DNA of 63,016 bases, filler included, from NCBI RefSeq assembly GCF_002087085.1. It is 3 parts of 3 records of this genome, joined end to end, with 100 filler letters (N's around TTAATTAATTAA, not from the genome) between each part and the next. Parts side by side here need not be neighbours in the genome. Positions count along the whole stretch, not along the records: positions 1 to 29,924 come from NZ_MWQY01000029.1; 2 more parts are not named here. One strand, given 5' to 3'. Within the stretch, counting starts at the first letter, position 1; every line of letters starts with the position of its first letter. Of this stretch, positions 19,236 to 29,873 are shown one piece after another. Below the pieces are notes generated by a model, which made no database searches, was not told where the DNA came from, and saw only the letters and a program-made list of their open reading frames with translations. The position numbers were made by a program, and so were the translations under genes.

Positions 19236-20524
19236 CCCCGTACCATTCCCATGGCAGCCCGGATGCCCGATGCCCAGGCTGCGGTTATCCCCCGGCTGGT
19301 GCCGGCGCCGTCTCCGGCAAAGTAGACTCTCTCTTTTACCTGAAAATTCTCATCCCGGAACTTCGGTTTGTTGGCGTAGAGCTTGATTTCCGGATAGTAC
19401 ATTACGGTGCTGGGATGGAGCAGCCCGGGAACTATGGTGTCCAGCAGTTTCATGGATTTCCAGATGCCCCTGAGGATTTTCGCCGGCATGGAAAGGCTGA
19501 TGTCCCCGGGGGTGCAGCTTTTCAGGGTCGGCTCGAAGTCGTACAGGTCCCCGGTAAAGGAGTCTCTCTTGGAGCGCTTGCCCAGGCGGAAGTCTCCGAC
19601 CCGCTGCATGATCGGGTGTCCTCCCCCCATGAGCATTGCCTGCAGTCCCAGCCCCTCGGCGAAGGCCTGTCCCGAAGCGACGGGTTCGGTCAGTTCGATG
19701 GTTTTGAGCATGGCAAAGTTGACCAGACCGTTCTCCCTGCCCCGGCTTTTTGAATAGGCGTGGCCGTTGACGCTGTAGTAGATATCGCCGTTGTGGGTAG
19801 TGTATTTTTCCTGAACCACGTGGGCGTTGCCGGAGTTTGTGCAGAAGGTGCGCACCTGCCCGGGAAAGAGGAACTTGGGATCATAGTAATCCTGTACTAT
19901 GGGAAAACGCTCCTGCCGGGTCTCGATCCGGATGCCGATGTCCACCACATGATCGACGTAGCTTACATCCAGGGAGTCCATAACGCGCTGCAGGAACTTG
20001 AAACCCCGCCTGCCGGGGGCGATCAGGATTCTGCCGTAGCCGATCTCCCGCTTTGTCGTGCGGATACTGGAGCTTGCTTCATCCAGACTGAGCATCTCCT
20101 CTCCCAGGGCAAAGTCCACCCCTTTTTCGGCGAGTTCCGCTGTCAGTTCCTTTATAAGCTGCAGGCCCCCGTCGGTTCCCAGGTGGGTCTGCTCGATCTC
20201 CAGCAGCTGGACCCCCAGGCGCTCGGCCCGCTTTGCATAGATACCCAGGTTCGTTTTCGCCAGAATGGCCGGGGCCAGCTTCCTGCGGACCAGATCGAGG
20301 TACTCCTCCGCCTGTTCCCGGTTCCAGTTCTCCGTGGGAAAACCGATGGGATAGGTGAAGTTCATCTTGCAGTCGTTCCTGAGCCCCCCGGTGGAGTAAT
20401 TCTCCATGTCCAGGATCAGTATCCGGGGAGAATCCGCGGCCTCGAGGAGGTAAAAGGCCGCCCCCAGCCCCGCGGGACCCGAGCCGACGACGATGTAGTC
20501 GTAGTGTTCCTTTGTGTTTTGCAT
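19232..20524 (-). CDS. FAD-dependent oxidoreductase (uncharacterised dehydrogenase family)
   Basis: VVGSGPAG, VRTFCTN, VNGH, YYPEIK, FAGDGAGTSRGI. Confidence 0.8.
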   Translation of the reverse strand: MQNTKEHYDYIVVGSGPAGLGAAFYLLEAADSPRILILDMENYSTGGLRNDCKMNFTYPIGFPTENWNREQAEEYLDLVRRKLAPAILAKTNLGIYAKRAERLGVQLLEIEQTHLGTDGGLQLIKELTAELAEKGVDFALGEEMLSLDEASSSIRTTKREIGYGRILIAPGRRGFKFLQRVMDSLDVSYVDHVVDIGIRIETRQERFPIVQDYYDPKFLFPGQVRTFCTNSGNAHVVQEKYTTHNGDIYYSVNGHAYSKSRGRENGLVNFAMLKTIELTEPVASGQAFAEGLGLQAMLMGGGHPIMQRVGDFRLGKRSKRDSFTGDLYDFEPTLKSCTPGDISLSMPAKILRGIWKSMKLLDTIVPGLLHPSTVMYYPEIKLYANKPKFRDENFQVKERVYFAGDGAGTSRGITAAWASGIRAAMGMVRG

Positions 20525-20591
20525 GCCGGAATAGAATGCTATCAACTTACGCAGGCTGGTTCAAGGGCGCATTCCCGAGACCACCGTTTTT

Positions 20592-20628
20592 AAAAAGCCC
20601 CGGCCGCCCAAGCTGAACTGCCGGGGCG
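20592..20628 (-). terminator. Intrinsic terminator downstream of the 20635 gene
   Basis: GCCCCGGC...GCCGGGGC stem with A5 run on the plus strand. Confidence 0.6.
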
Positions 20629-20634
20629 ATCCCT

Positions 20635-21057
20635 CTAATCAGGCAGGGTCGGTCCCGCACCTATTACGAAGGTTCCCTCGAAGTAGAGTCGTCTGGTGCG
20701 GGCCGATTCGGCCAGGAATCCCTCCATTCCGAGCTGTTTCAGCCGGCAGAGGTTATAGACCTTCAGGTTGTGGGGGGTACGCTCCGCACCCTGCTTCATC
20801 GGCTGGAGCCGTCGGCAGGGGAATTCACTGCACTGGTGGCAGAAGTCTAGCCCCTTCTCCCTGACGCAGGCCAGGGTCCGGCAATCCTTGAGAATCGGGC
20901 AGCCCCCCTGTTCCCTGCAGCCTCTGCACTGCACCTCCTCGATGCTCTTTCCCGTCATTTTGGCCACCCGCTCCCAGACCTCCCGTCGCCCGTTTTCCGC
21001 GAACAATTCGCAGTTGACGCAGTCGATACCGCAGGGGGCTACCATATTGAGTTCCAT
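20635..21057 (-). CDS. DUF3795-like Cys-rich protein
   Basis: APCGIDCVNC, CRGC, FCHQCSEFPC; AAGGAG RBS before ATG 21057. Confidence 0.8.
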   Translation of the reverse strand: MELNMVAPCGIDCVNCELFAENGRREVWERVAKMTGKSIEEVQCRGCREQGGCPILKDCRTLACVREKGLDFCHQCSEFPCRRLQPMKQGAERTPHNLKVYNLCRLKQLGMEGFLAESARTRRLYFEGTFVIGAGPTLPD

Positions 21058-21157
21058 GACTATCTCCTTCATTCGTGATTGTGTCTTCAGGTATATTGGT
21101 GTCAACGGAAGGAGTGATGTGACAGCAGAGGCTGATTTTTTTCAAGGACATTGATAA

Positions 21158-22057
21158 TCATGAGATAAGCACGAGCACGACGGGAACTGTTATGATACTA
21201 AGTGCGGTTGTAACAAAAGTGGCGGCTGATACCAGCCCTGGTTCCGTACCATATCGTTCTGCTAATAAAGCGGGGGTGATCCCTGTTGGAGAGGCTGAAA
21301 TCAGAAACAGCACTTGTGTAGACAAGCTTTCTGCACCAAATATGCTTATTGCTAATACCAGTCCAACCACCGGATATGACAGTAACCGCAGGGCACTGGC
21401 AGTAATGAGAAAACGATAATCAGAAACAATTTTTATTCTCGCTAATTGTATCCCCAGGATTATCAATAAAGTTGGTACCGATGCCTGTCCCAAAAGATGA
21501 ATTGGACGTAAAATTGGTACAGGAATTGTGATTGCGGTCCATTTGATGAAAACTGCCAGTAGAACAGCAATAAAGCCGGGAAAACTGAGTATAGTTTTTA
21601 TGGATTTTATGACTGACCTGCTATTGTGGGATGCAAAATATACACCAGCACTGTTGATCAATAGCACTTGAAACATAGCAAAGACAATAGCGCGTTCAAA
21701 TCCTGCTTGTTCGAACGCAAAAAGGACCATGGGGAGTCCGTAATTCCCACTATTGGGAAAACAACTGCTGAGAAATAAAGCGTTTCGTTTTTGCCGTGTA
21801 AATCTCAACACTTTTGACACGAGGTAGGCAAGTGCTGTCGAAATCAAGAACAGAAGGATGGAGAATAAAAAGATAGGTCCAAAATCTGATATCTGTAATT
21901 CTGCATTCAGAATCGAAGAAAAGAAGAGACATGGCGTAAACACATATAAAGTCATCCTTGCTGGCATTTCCAGCGAGAAATCGATTCGTTTACCGAATAC
22001 CCAGCCGATTGCAGCTATAAAAAAAATGGGGATAACAGTGTTAACTATTAAAATCAT
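21158..22057 (-). CDS. AEC (auxin efflux carrier) family transporter
   Basis: About 10 TM segments; FPNSGNYGLP, ILGIQL, terminal TTALSIITVP. Confidence 0.88.
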   Translation of the reverse strand: MILIVNTVIPIFFIAAIGWVFGKRIDFSLEMPARMTLYVFTPCLFFSSILNAELQISDFGPIFLFSILLFLISTALAYLVSKVLRFTRQKRNALFLSSCFPNSGNYGLPMVLFAFEQAGFERAIVFAMFQVLLINSAGVYFASHNSRSVIKSIKTILSFPGFIAVLLAVFIKWTAITIPVPILRPIHLLGQASVPTLLIILGIQLARIKIVSDYRFLITASALRLLSYPVVGLVLAISIFGAESLSTQVLFLISASPTGITPALLAERYGTEPGLVSAATFVTTALSIITVPVVLVLIS

Positions 22058-22107
22058 ATAGTCGGCCCGTTTCCTGATTGTCCTCGACAGAAGCCTAATC
22101 ATAATAG

Positions 22108-22119
22108 TGAAACGTTTCA
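22108..22119. promoter_or_regulatory. LacI-type operator between the divergent AEC and lacI genes
   Basis: Perfect palindrome TGAAACGTTTCA, same core as 23272-23287. Confidence 0.75.
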
Positions 22120-22180
22120 AGAGAGATGCTGTTTATTTATATCCTTTTTATGATACAATCTTATCGAGAGAAAGAAACTA

Positions 22181-23221
22181 ATGAATGGAAACGGAAAACG
22201 AGATAGTTTGACCCTTAAAGATATTGCGCATCTGGCAGGAGTGTCTGTAGGAACGGCTTCAAAGGTGATCAATGGAGTAGGAAATGTCAGCCTTGAACGG
22301 CGTATACGAGTTGAAGCTGTTATTGAAAAACTCGGTTATCGTCCCAGCGCTCTCGCTCGAAGTATCAAGAGACGCAAGACAATGGTTATCGGGCTGATTA
22401 TCCCGAAAATCAAGAATGCCTTTTACATCCAGATAATCGACGCAATAGAAAAGCTGGTCCAGAAAAAGGGATATACACTTTTTTTGGGAAACTCTGACGA
22501 GAACCTGTCGACTGAAATCGGGTATTTGCAAACTTTTGCTGCCTTGCGTGTAGATGGATTGATATTAGCCTCTGCCGGGCGCATAGATCCCGGCAAAATA
22601 ATGAGAGAATTAGATACATTCAAGTCAATGTCGATTCCGGTAGTTTCAATTGTACGTCAGCTTGATGGTTCCCAGCTTGATACGGTTCTTCTGGACAACG
22701 TCCAGGGAGCCTATGAGGCTACAAAACATGTACTTGAGATGGGGCATCGTCGAATAGCAATTATATCAAGTCCGGAGCATACCTCCGCCAGCCGGGAGCG
22801 TATTGAAGGATATTCTCGTGCTCTCGAAGAGTACAAGCTTCCCTATACAAGAGATATGATAAAAGTAAGCGAAGCCATTCCGGAAAGTGGATATCGGATT
22901 ACCAAAGAGATTATCGGTATGAGAAATCCCCCAACGGCTCTTTTCGTTGCAAGTAACTATCCGCTTATTGGCAGCTTACAAGCTCTTCGTGATACCGGTC
23001 GGACAATACCGGATGATATCTCTCTCATCTGTTTTGACGATCCCGAGTGGAGTCCCTACATAGATCCTCCTTTAACCGCAGTTCATCCCAACACAGATGA
23101 GCTGTGTACTGCAGCAGTCAATACTTTGATGGAGAGAATCAATGGCGACTCTTCCGGCCAGCCGGTTTCTGTTCGAATACCGACGCAGCTGATTGTTCGG
23201 AAATCTGTTCGGCGGATGTAA
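22181..23221 (+). CDS. LacI family transcriptional regulator
   Basis: TLKDIAHLAGVSVGTASKVIN HTH, LGYRPS, IPDDISLICFDD. Confidence 0.95.
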   Translation: MNGNGKRDSLTLKDIAHLAGVSVGTASKVINGVGNVSLERRIRVEAVIEKLGYRPSALARSIKRRKTMVIGLIIPKIKNAFYIQIIDAIEKLVQKKGYTLFLGNSDENLSTEIGYLQTFAALRVDGLILASAGRIDPGKIMRELDTFKSMSIPVVSIVRQLDGSQLDTVLLDNVQGAYEATKHVLEMGHRRIAIISSPEHTSASRERIEGYSRALEEYKLPYTRDMIKVSEAIPESGYRITKEIIGMRNPPTALFVASNYPLIGSLQALRDTGRTIPDDISLICFDDPEWSPYIDPPLTAVHPNTDELCTAAVNTLMERINGDSSGQPVSVRIPTQLIVRKSVRRM

Positions 23222-23239
23222 TTTATAGCAAATAAAAAT

Positions 23240-23287
23240 TTGACAAATAAGAGAACATACTGTAAAATCAGAATGAAACGTTTCATT
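23240..23287 (+). promoter_or_regulatory. sigma70 promoter plus LacI operator of the TRAP operon
   Basis: TTGACA(23240)-17 nt-TAAAAT(23263); 16-bp palindrome AATGAAACGTTTCATT at 23272-23287 over the expected start site. Confidence 0.85.
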
Positions 23288-23368
23288 ATCTACTGTGCAA
23301 GGTAGCCTGGTGTTTACGGGGATTTACCTCGTGCGGTAGAAAGCGCACTTCTTCAAGGAGGATAGTAA

Positions 23369-24382
23369 ATGAGAGTGAGCAGAGTAGTTCTTTTATTTTT
23401 CCTGATCATAGGTTCTGTCGGAATCGCATTTGCTGCCGGGAACCAGGATACGGCAGGTTCTGTCTCTGGTGATGCCCCAAAGGAAATGGTTGTTGCTACA
23501 TTCCATAGCAAAAAAGGAACTCCATCGGTAGATGGACTTTTTAAGTTCAAAGAGATTCTGGAACAAAAAACAGACAAAATCGATGTTCAGGTTTTCTTCG
23601 GAGGTACTATGGGGGGAGAGCGAGAGTTGGTAGAGCAAGTCAAGCTTGGTACTGTTCATATGTGCATCGAAGGATGGGGAACAAAAGGTACCTACCTCAA
23701 AAAAGTTATTCCATGGGGAGTACCGTATCTTTTTTCTTCGTCTGAAGAAATTACTGCGACCATTCAAGGAAAAATTGGACAGGAGGTGTCAAGAATATTC
23801 GAGAATAACGGAATGGTCTGGGCTGGAGAATACTTTCGCGGCAATCGGCAACTGACCAGCAATATGATGGTTCGAAGCCCTGAGGACCTTAAAGGCCTGA
23901 AGCTCCGACTTCCTGAGAATCCTGACTGGATCGTTGTCTGGAAGGAGTTTGGATCACTTCCTACACCCATTCCTTCTCCGGAGGTGTTTGCTGCACTCCA
24001 GACAGGTGTAGTAGACGCACAGGAAAATCCGATCTCGTCGAACTATGACAAGCGTTTATGGGAAGTACAAAAATATACAATACTTACCAACCACATCGTT
24101 GATCTGGAAGGATATGTTCTAAGCAAGCAATACCTGGACGGACTTTCGCCAGATCTGCGTCAGATAGTTCTCGATTCTGCCAAAGAAGCACTGGAATGGG
24201 CGACGGAGACCTCGTTCTCAAATGAAGATACTTTAAAGGCGGATATGGAATCCAAAGGTATGGAGTTTGTGAAGGTTGACTTGAAGCCGTTTCAAGAGAC
24301 GGCCTTGAGTACAATGCCTCACTTCCAGGAGACCTGGGAGCCATGGGTCATCGATGAGGTGAGAAAGGTTGTAGGCAAATAA
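23369..24382 (+). CDS. dctP: TRAP transporter substrate-binding protein
   Basis: Signal peptide; PEDLKGLKLR, EVFAALQTGVVDAQENP, LWEVQKY. Confidence 0.93.
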   Translation: MRVSRVVLLFFLIIGSVGIAFAAGNQDTAGSVSGDAPKEMVVATFHSKKGTPSVDGLFKFKEILEQKTDKIDVQVFFGGTMGGERELVEQVKLGTVHMCIEGWGTKGTYLKKVIPWGVPYLFSSSEEITATIQGKIGQEVSRIFENNGMVWAGEYFRGNRQLTSNMMVRSPEDLKGLKLRLPENPDWIVVWKEFGSLPTPIPSPEVFAALQTGVVDAQENPISSNYDKRLWEVQKYTILTNHIVDLEGYVLSKQYLDGLSPDLRQIVLDSAKEALEWATETSFSNEDTLKADMESKGMEFVKVDLKPFQETALSTMPHFQETWEPWVIDEVRKVVGK

Positions 24383-24443
24383 CATTCACTAGGCAGCCCC
24401 TACAGCGGGGCTGCTGCTAAACCTGAATTTCCCTGGAGGTTTT

Positions 24444-24914
24444 GTGTCTTCTCTTCTTGAAAAAATAGGCAAGGTGGGTGAAGTTCTTGCCGCATGGCTG
24501 TTAGCAGCTGTTACAGTTATTGTAGCTTTACAGGTTCTCTTCCGGTATGTTCTTGGCATCATTGCACCATGGACCGAAGAGCTCGCCCGTTACACCGCTG
24601 TGTGGATGGTTTATCTTGGTATTATAGTCGCAACAGTAAGGAAGGATCATATCAAGGTCACTGTACTCGTCAACCGCTTTCCTGCGGCCGGAAGGATCAG
24701 TGCTGAATTTCTGGCAATTTTTGTTGCTTTTTTTGTCAGCCTTATCGTCTTTATCGGCAGTATTCGACTTATTGCGAACAACTGGCAACAAATGGCGGTT
24801 ACCATACCGGTAAGTGTAACTGTTCTCTATATCCCCCTCATTATCTTTTCTTCGCTATCAATGCTGGTACTGATCGGGCGGACAGTGGAAATAGTAAAAG
24901 GGAGCGCTCGATGA
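24444..24914 (+). CDS. dctQ: TRAP transporter small permease
   Basis: QVLFRYV, WTEELARY, HIKV; 4 TM segments. Confidence 0.92.
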   Translation: MSSLLEKIGKVGEVLAAWLLAAVTVIVALQVLFRYVLGIIAPWTEELARYTAVWMVYLGIIVATVRKDHIKVTVLVNRFPAAGRISAEFLAIFVAFFVSLIVFIGSIRLIANNWQQMAVTIPVSVTVLYIPLIIFSSLSMLVLIGRTVEIVKGSAR

Positions 24915-26206
24915 GTATTATTCTGATCTTTACCGGGTTATTGTTAAGTTTTCTGATTCTTGGTGTACCTGTAGCATTTTCGATTGCAGCGACTTCGATT
25001 GTATCATTAATCATAAAGCTGGGACTCCCTAACCTTTCGTTCGGGATGATAGCGCAAATGCTGATTTACGGAATAAACAATTTCCCGTTGCTGGCAGTTC
25101 CACTCTTCCTCCTCGCCGGAACTATCATGAACTCAGGAGGTATAAGCCGTCGTATATTTGATTTTGCCCAACGCATTGTAGGGAGTTCTCGAGGAGGATT
25201 GGCTCATGTCAATATTATTGCCAGTCTGATTTTTTCGGGGATGTCCGGTGCGGCTGCCGCCGATGTAGCCGGCCTGGGACCAATCGAATTGAAAGCAATG
25301 AAGGATGCAGGTTATGACGACGACTTCAGCTGTGCTGTTACAGGAGCCTCATCGACAATAGGGCCGATTATTCCACCAAGCGTTCCGATGGTTCTTTACG
25401 GGGTGCTTGCTTCGGTGTCTGTCTCCAAGCTTTTTATCGGAGGGATTATTCCCGGATTGCTTCTTGCAGTAACCCTGATGGTATTGAGTGCAGTGATCTC
25501 GGCAATAAAAGGTTACCCTCGCGGCGAAGCATGGAATGCGATGAAGATACTTTCGTCTTTGAAAGGGGCATTTTTCGCTTTGCTGACTCCGCTCATCATT
25601 ATAGGAGGGATTTGGACCGGTGTTTTTACTCCCACTGAAGCTGCCGCGGTTACAGTAGTCTATTCGGTTCTGCTTGGACTTTTCTATCAGGAAAGTTCCT
25701 GGCAAGAACTGTTTGAGAACCTAAAGCATGCGGCTGTGACAGCATCTGCCATCATGTTTATTCTGGCGGCTGCAACGATCTATAATGCCGCTTTAGCACG
25801 GACACAGATGCCGGAGATGGTTATCAGAGCAGTCTCCGCGGTAAGTGAGAATCCATTTGTCGTGTTGATAATCTTGCAGTTTGTACTCTTTATTGCCGGT
25901 TGTTTCATGTCGACCGCGGAGACCATCACCCTTTTTACTCCGCTCTTTATACCGATGCTTGAACAATTCGGTATAGACCCGCTTCATTTTGGTGTTGTCA
26001 TGGTTCTGAACCTCATGTTAGGGCAACTGACGCCGCCTTTCGGTATTGTTCTGTTTGTTCTATCCCGGGTAGGAAATCTTGATATGGCCAGACTCGTCAA
26101 AGCGTGTCTACCTTTTTACATTCCGATACTCGTTGTTTTAATAGCGCTTATTTTATTTCCACCTCTGGTCACCTATCTGCCGAATTTGGTATTCGGAAAC
26201 TGGTAG
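24911..26206 (+). CDS. dctM: TRAP transporter large permease
   Basis: LLAVPLF, IGPIIPPS, GVFTPTEAA, GQLTPPFG. Confidence 0.95.
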   Translation: MSIILIFTGLLLSFLILGVPVAFSIAATSIVSLIIKLGLPNLSFGMIAQMLIYGINNFPLLAVPLFLLAGTIMNSGGISRRIFDFAQRIVGSSRGGLAHVNIIASLIFSGMSGAAAADVAGLGPIELKAMKDAGYDDDFSCAVTGASSTIGPIIPPSVPMVLYGVLASVSVSKLFIGGIIPGLLLAVTLMVLSAVISAIKGYPRGEAWNAMKILSSLKGAFFALLTPLIIIGGIWTGVFTPTEAAAVTVVYSVLLGLFYQESSWQELFENLKHAAVTASAIMFILAAATIYNAALARTQMPEMVIRAVSAVSENPFVVLIILQFVLFIAGCFMSTAETITLFTPLFIPMLEQFGIDPLHFGVVMVLNLMLGQLTPPFGIVLFVLSRVGNLDMARLVKACLPFYIPILVVLIALILFPPLVTYLPNLVFGNW

Positions 26207-26253
26207 CTCTCAGGTGAAAATATAAGAATATAACATCAGAAGGAGAAATACAA

Positions 26254-26655
26254 ATGAAGGAAAAAGAACTTTTCGCATATCAGAAGGATATGAAGTATGT
26301 CGTAAACAAAACCAATGGACGGCACTCCACGCTTATCGTGACTAAAGACGATATGGGTGCGGAGAATTTCATCGTAGGAACCCACACAATGGATCCCGGT
26401 GGCGGAGCACCTGTTCATACTCATGAAAAAGAAAGTGAGGCAATGTATTTCTACGAAGGGACTGGAATCGCAATTATCGGAGATAAGGAGTATCAGATAA
26501 CCAAAGATTCTGTAATGTTGGCACCTCCGGGGATTCCTCATGCTATCAGGAATACAGGGAATGGTCCACTTCGCTTTGTTTTTATTTACAATCCTCCGCT
26601 TCCGGAACATGTAAGCCGTGAGGAGTACTACAAACGGGCAAAAGACAAGATCTGA
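26254..26655 (+). CDS. Cupin domain protein
   Basis: PGGGAPVHTHEKESE and PPGIPHAIRNTG cupin motifs. Confidence 0.88.
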   Translation: MKEKELFAYQKDMKYVVNKTNGRHSTLIVTKDDMGAENFIVGTHTMDPGGGAPVHTHEKESEAMYFYEGTGIAIIGDKEYQITKDSVMLAPPGIPHAIRNTGNGPLRFVFIYNPPLPEHVSREEYYKRAKDKI

Positions 26656-26663
26656 GTAGTTTC

Positions 26664-26696
26664 GGGCCTCGGTTGCTTCCCGAGGCCCTCTTTTTA
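26664..26696 (+). terminator. Terminator or attenuating hairpin after the cupin gene
   Basis: GGGCCTCGG-ttgctt-CCGAGGCCC then TCTTTTT. Confidence 0.65.
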
Positions 26697-26721
26697 AAGT
26701 AGATATAAGGCGACTAATGAT

Positions 26722-27552
26722 ATGAATCACAATTATGATAAGACTTTGCTCGGTATCAGCAGCTATGCTTACCGGTGGGCTTTTGGCTTCGGAGAATTTG
26801 TTCCGGATCGTGTGATGCAACCGGAGGACTTGCTCGAACGAGCATACAACTACGGACTGCAATCTGTGCAGCTTTGTGACAACATACCCTTTCTTTGTTA
26901 TGACGACTCCCGGATACACTCTCTGCATGATCTTGCTTCCGGCTACGGAATCAGTGTTGAAACCGGGATCCGTGGCACTGAACCTGGTATCCTGCGACGA
27001 GCGTTAAACATTTCTCAGGGGTTAGGAGCCAAACTGCTTCGTATTGTCGTAGAAGTGGATCGGAAGAGTGATCTTCAGTCACAACTTCGCTCACATGCAG
27101 ATCGTATTCGTGAAGCATCCAAGGAGGCGAAAGAGAAGGAGATTATTCTCGCCATAGAGAACCATGCTACGATGAGTTCACGTGATATGAATTTCCTGAT
27201 CGACACAGTAGATCATGAAAACTGTGGTGTCTGTCTTGATACAATGAACTCTGTACTACTGCTGGAAAAACCGGAAGAGACCGTGGCTTCATTACTACCC
27301 CACGTTGTCTCTGTTCATTTCAAAGACTTTAAAATAGTAAAGGAACCTGACTGTTATCGTGTAGTGGGCACGTGCCTTGGAGCGGGTGAAATTGATTTTC
27401 CAAGACTGTTAGATGGGATTCTTCGATCCGTCACTCCCTATTCAATTCATGTAGAGCTTTACATTCCCAGCCATAGTACCCAAACCCGTACACTCCAAAT
27501 AGAGGAGGATTGTGTTGCCTCCAGCGTTGAATACCTTAAGAGTCTTTTATAG
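26722..27552 (+). CDS. Sugar phosphate isomerase/epimerase (xylose isomerase-like TIM barrel)
   Basis: LAIENH, CLDTMN, VHFKD, LGAGEIDF metal-binding motifs. Confidence 0.85.
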   Translation: MNHNYDKTLLGISSYAYRWAFGFGEFVPDRVMQPEDLLERAYNYGLQSVQLCDNIPFLCYDDSRIHSLHDLASGYGISVETGIRGTEPGILRRALNISQGLGAKLLRIVVEVDRKSDLQSQLRSHADRIREASKEAKEKEIILAIENHATMSSRDMNFLIDTVDHENCGVCLDTMNSVLLLEKPEETVASLLPHVVSVHFKDFKIVKEPDCYRVVGTCLGAGEIDFPRLLDGILRSVTPYSIHVELYIPSHSTQTRTLQIEEDCVASSVEYLKSLL

Positions 27553-27676
27553 AGCTGCTTCACTGCATCATTTTCCACGATGATAAAAACATGTTTTTAA
27601 ATGTTCATATAAGAAAGTTGTAAAGAGATCAGACTGTAAACTATTAATGGATCTCTTTAATATTCAATCCCGGGAG

Positions 27677-28858
27677 CTAATTGAGGGGAAAATGAATTGT
27701 ATACTCAAAACCCGCAGAACTGTCAACTCGTATTTTTCCCTCTCTATATTTTACTATCTCCGTGATAATCTGTAGCCCTGTATGCATTGGAAGGTCCTTA
27801 ATCTTATCCACGCTTTCCATACCGGCTCCGTTATCCCGATAGATTATCGATAATTGTTTATTTACTACATGCACCTCAACATTGATTAGGAGATTTTGTC
27901 CTTTTGGTTTTGCATGTTTTATCGAATTATTGACGAATTCAACAATAATCAATCCTACTTCAAGGGCAAACTTGACATCGAGGCGAATCTGATCGATATT
28001 CGATGTAATATTAGCTGTCCTTCCAATCCCAACGACATCATTAAGTAGTTTTTTCAAATATTCAGAAAGGTCTATTTCTTCGTATGAATCTTCGGAATAC
28101 ATCGTCTCATGGAGAAGCATAATTGCATCTACCTTGCCTCGTAATTCCTCGAGCACACTATGCTGAGAAAAAAGATGATATTTACTTTCCAGACTGATAA
28201 GCGAGCTCAGTGTCGCCAGATTATTCTTTATCCGGTGATTAGATTCTTTTAACAATAATCTGTCGCATTTACTTAAGCGTTCCAAGCGATTCATACCGTT
28301 GAATAAAATATATGTAACTGCAATCGGAAAGGAAAAGAAGTATATTAAAGAAAGCACAAATGTTAGCAAGAAAACATCGGAATGATAAAGAATGGAATAA
28401 AGAATAAGTCCGATTAAAGCACTAATAGAATATATATGGATATAAATTACTTTCCGAACTGTTAGCCCAGATAAGAAGAAAAAGAAGATCAAGATAGCCA
28501 GATAAATTTCCGTGTCAAAAGGAAAATGATCATAAATTCTTAAAAGTGGAAATAAGATTATCCTGTACTGAAATACTATACCTAAACCAATAATGCCAAC
28601 ACCAATGGCTAAATCGTATTTCCCGTTGAGCATTAAGAAAAGTGAGGACCCGCTGATGCAAATCCAGAGCAAGTTAATTCCAACAAGGACCCACTTACTC
28701 AAAAGAGCGTATAACACTAAATATACAAGAGTAGTTAGAAGAAATATTGATACTAAGATCAGAAACGCCTTGATTCTTACTTTATCAAATTCATTTGCAC
28801 TTGGATAAGCTACAGAAATACGCCGCGAACAGCAATTACATATCTGATTCACTCTCAT
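27677..28858 (-). CDS. Membrane sensor histidine kinase (HisKA_2 type)
   Basis: About 6 TM segments, LKESNHRIKNNL H-box, EFVNNSIKHA, YRDNGAG. Confidence 0.88.
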   Translation of the reverse strand: MRVNQICNCCSRRISVAYPSANEFDKVRIKAFLILVSIFLLTTLVYLVLYALLSKWVLVGINLLWICISGSSLFLMLNGKYDLAIGVGIIGLGIVFQYRIILFPLLRIYDHFPFDTEIYLAILIFFFFLSGLTVRKVIYIHIYSISALIGLILYSILYHSDVFLLTFVLSLIYFFSFPIAVTYILFNGMNRLERLSKCDRLLLKESNHRIKNNLATLSSLISLESKYHLFSQHSVLEELRGKVDAIMLLHETMYSEDSYEEIDLSEYLKKLLNDVVGIGRTANITSNIDQIRLDVKFALEVGLIIVEFVNNSIKHAKPKGQNLLINVEVHVVNKQLSIIYRDNGAGMESVDKIKDLPMHTGLQIITEIVKYREGKIRVDSSAGFEYTIHFPLN

Positions 28859-29156
28859 AGTTGAGCCCTCCTCGCTATTTATACATCTCAACTACATTGT
28901 GATCATGTCGCGACACACTATATAATCTAGTATAGTATCTATCAACTATTTGTCAACGAAATTTTAACAGAAATCTGAACAGAGATAAAGGTAAATGTTC
29001 CAATATAAACACCTGTAATACTTTTTAAGAAATATTCCTATAAATAAAAAAGTATCTTTCAAATCTATTCCGATTTTCCTATCTTTGGTATAATCACCAT
29101 GCGTCTCTACCCGCCCAATCGAGGATTCATACAGCAGGAACAACTACGGCTACATA

Positions 29157-29873
29157 TTATAAAACGAACGTAATGGAGTTCACACTGGTTTGATCTATTA
29201 TCATAGTCCCTTCAATCTGCGTTAATAATGCCTCGATAATTTCTGTCTCTATGATTTGTCGTTCTCTGACAACTGAATGAAAAATATTCTTTTTCGAAAT
29301 CGAGATTGCCACGTCAGTTTTATTCAATTTATCGACCATTGTAATCTTAATCGTTGGCTTTTCTACTCGTTCTCGTATTTCCATATAAATATTTGTTAAC
29401 ATGATTGTATATAGCATACCAAACGGTAAAGCTTTATCGATATGCTGTTCCTTATCGAATAATCTTAATTGGATATTACACCTGGGGACAAAATACTTCT
29501 CAGCTAAATCGATTGTTATGAAATTCAGGTAACTTTTCATGTTTATTACCTGTTGTTCAAAATTCTTAAAGAATTCATAGTTCAGAAATGTCATTGTTTG
29601 AATAATGTCATCAACTTTCTCAAGGCCATCGGATTTATCTATCATATCATCTGAGAAGTACAGATTTATATACGCTCGTATACCAGCCAGGCTGTTTCCA
29701 ATTCGATGACTCATTTCGGACAACAAATACTCATTCCGTTGTTTTAATACTTCTATCCGGACATTTTTTTCATTTATTTCCGTTATATCGATTAAAAAGC
29801 CTAAACTTCCTGTTGAGTCTCCTTCTTGATGTATGTATGGTGTTGCAGCAACTGAAATAAGGCGAGGCCCTAA
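29157..29873 (-). pseudogene. 5'-truncated PAS/PAC HisKA_2 kinase-like gene with degenerate HATPase
   Basis: Frame stays open upstream of 29726 through a PAC-like segment (RLISVAATPYIHQEGDSTGSLGFLIDITE) to EMSHRIGNSL, then runs into a probable IS end; no DxGxG box. Confidence 0.6.
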
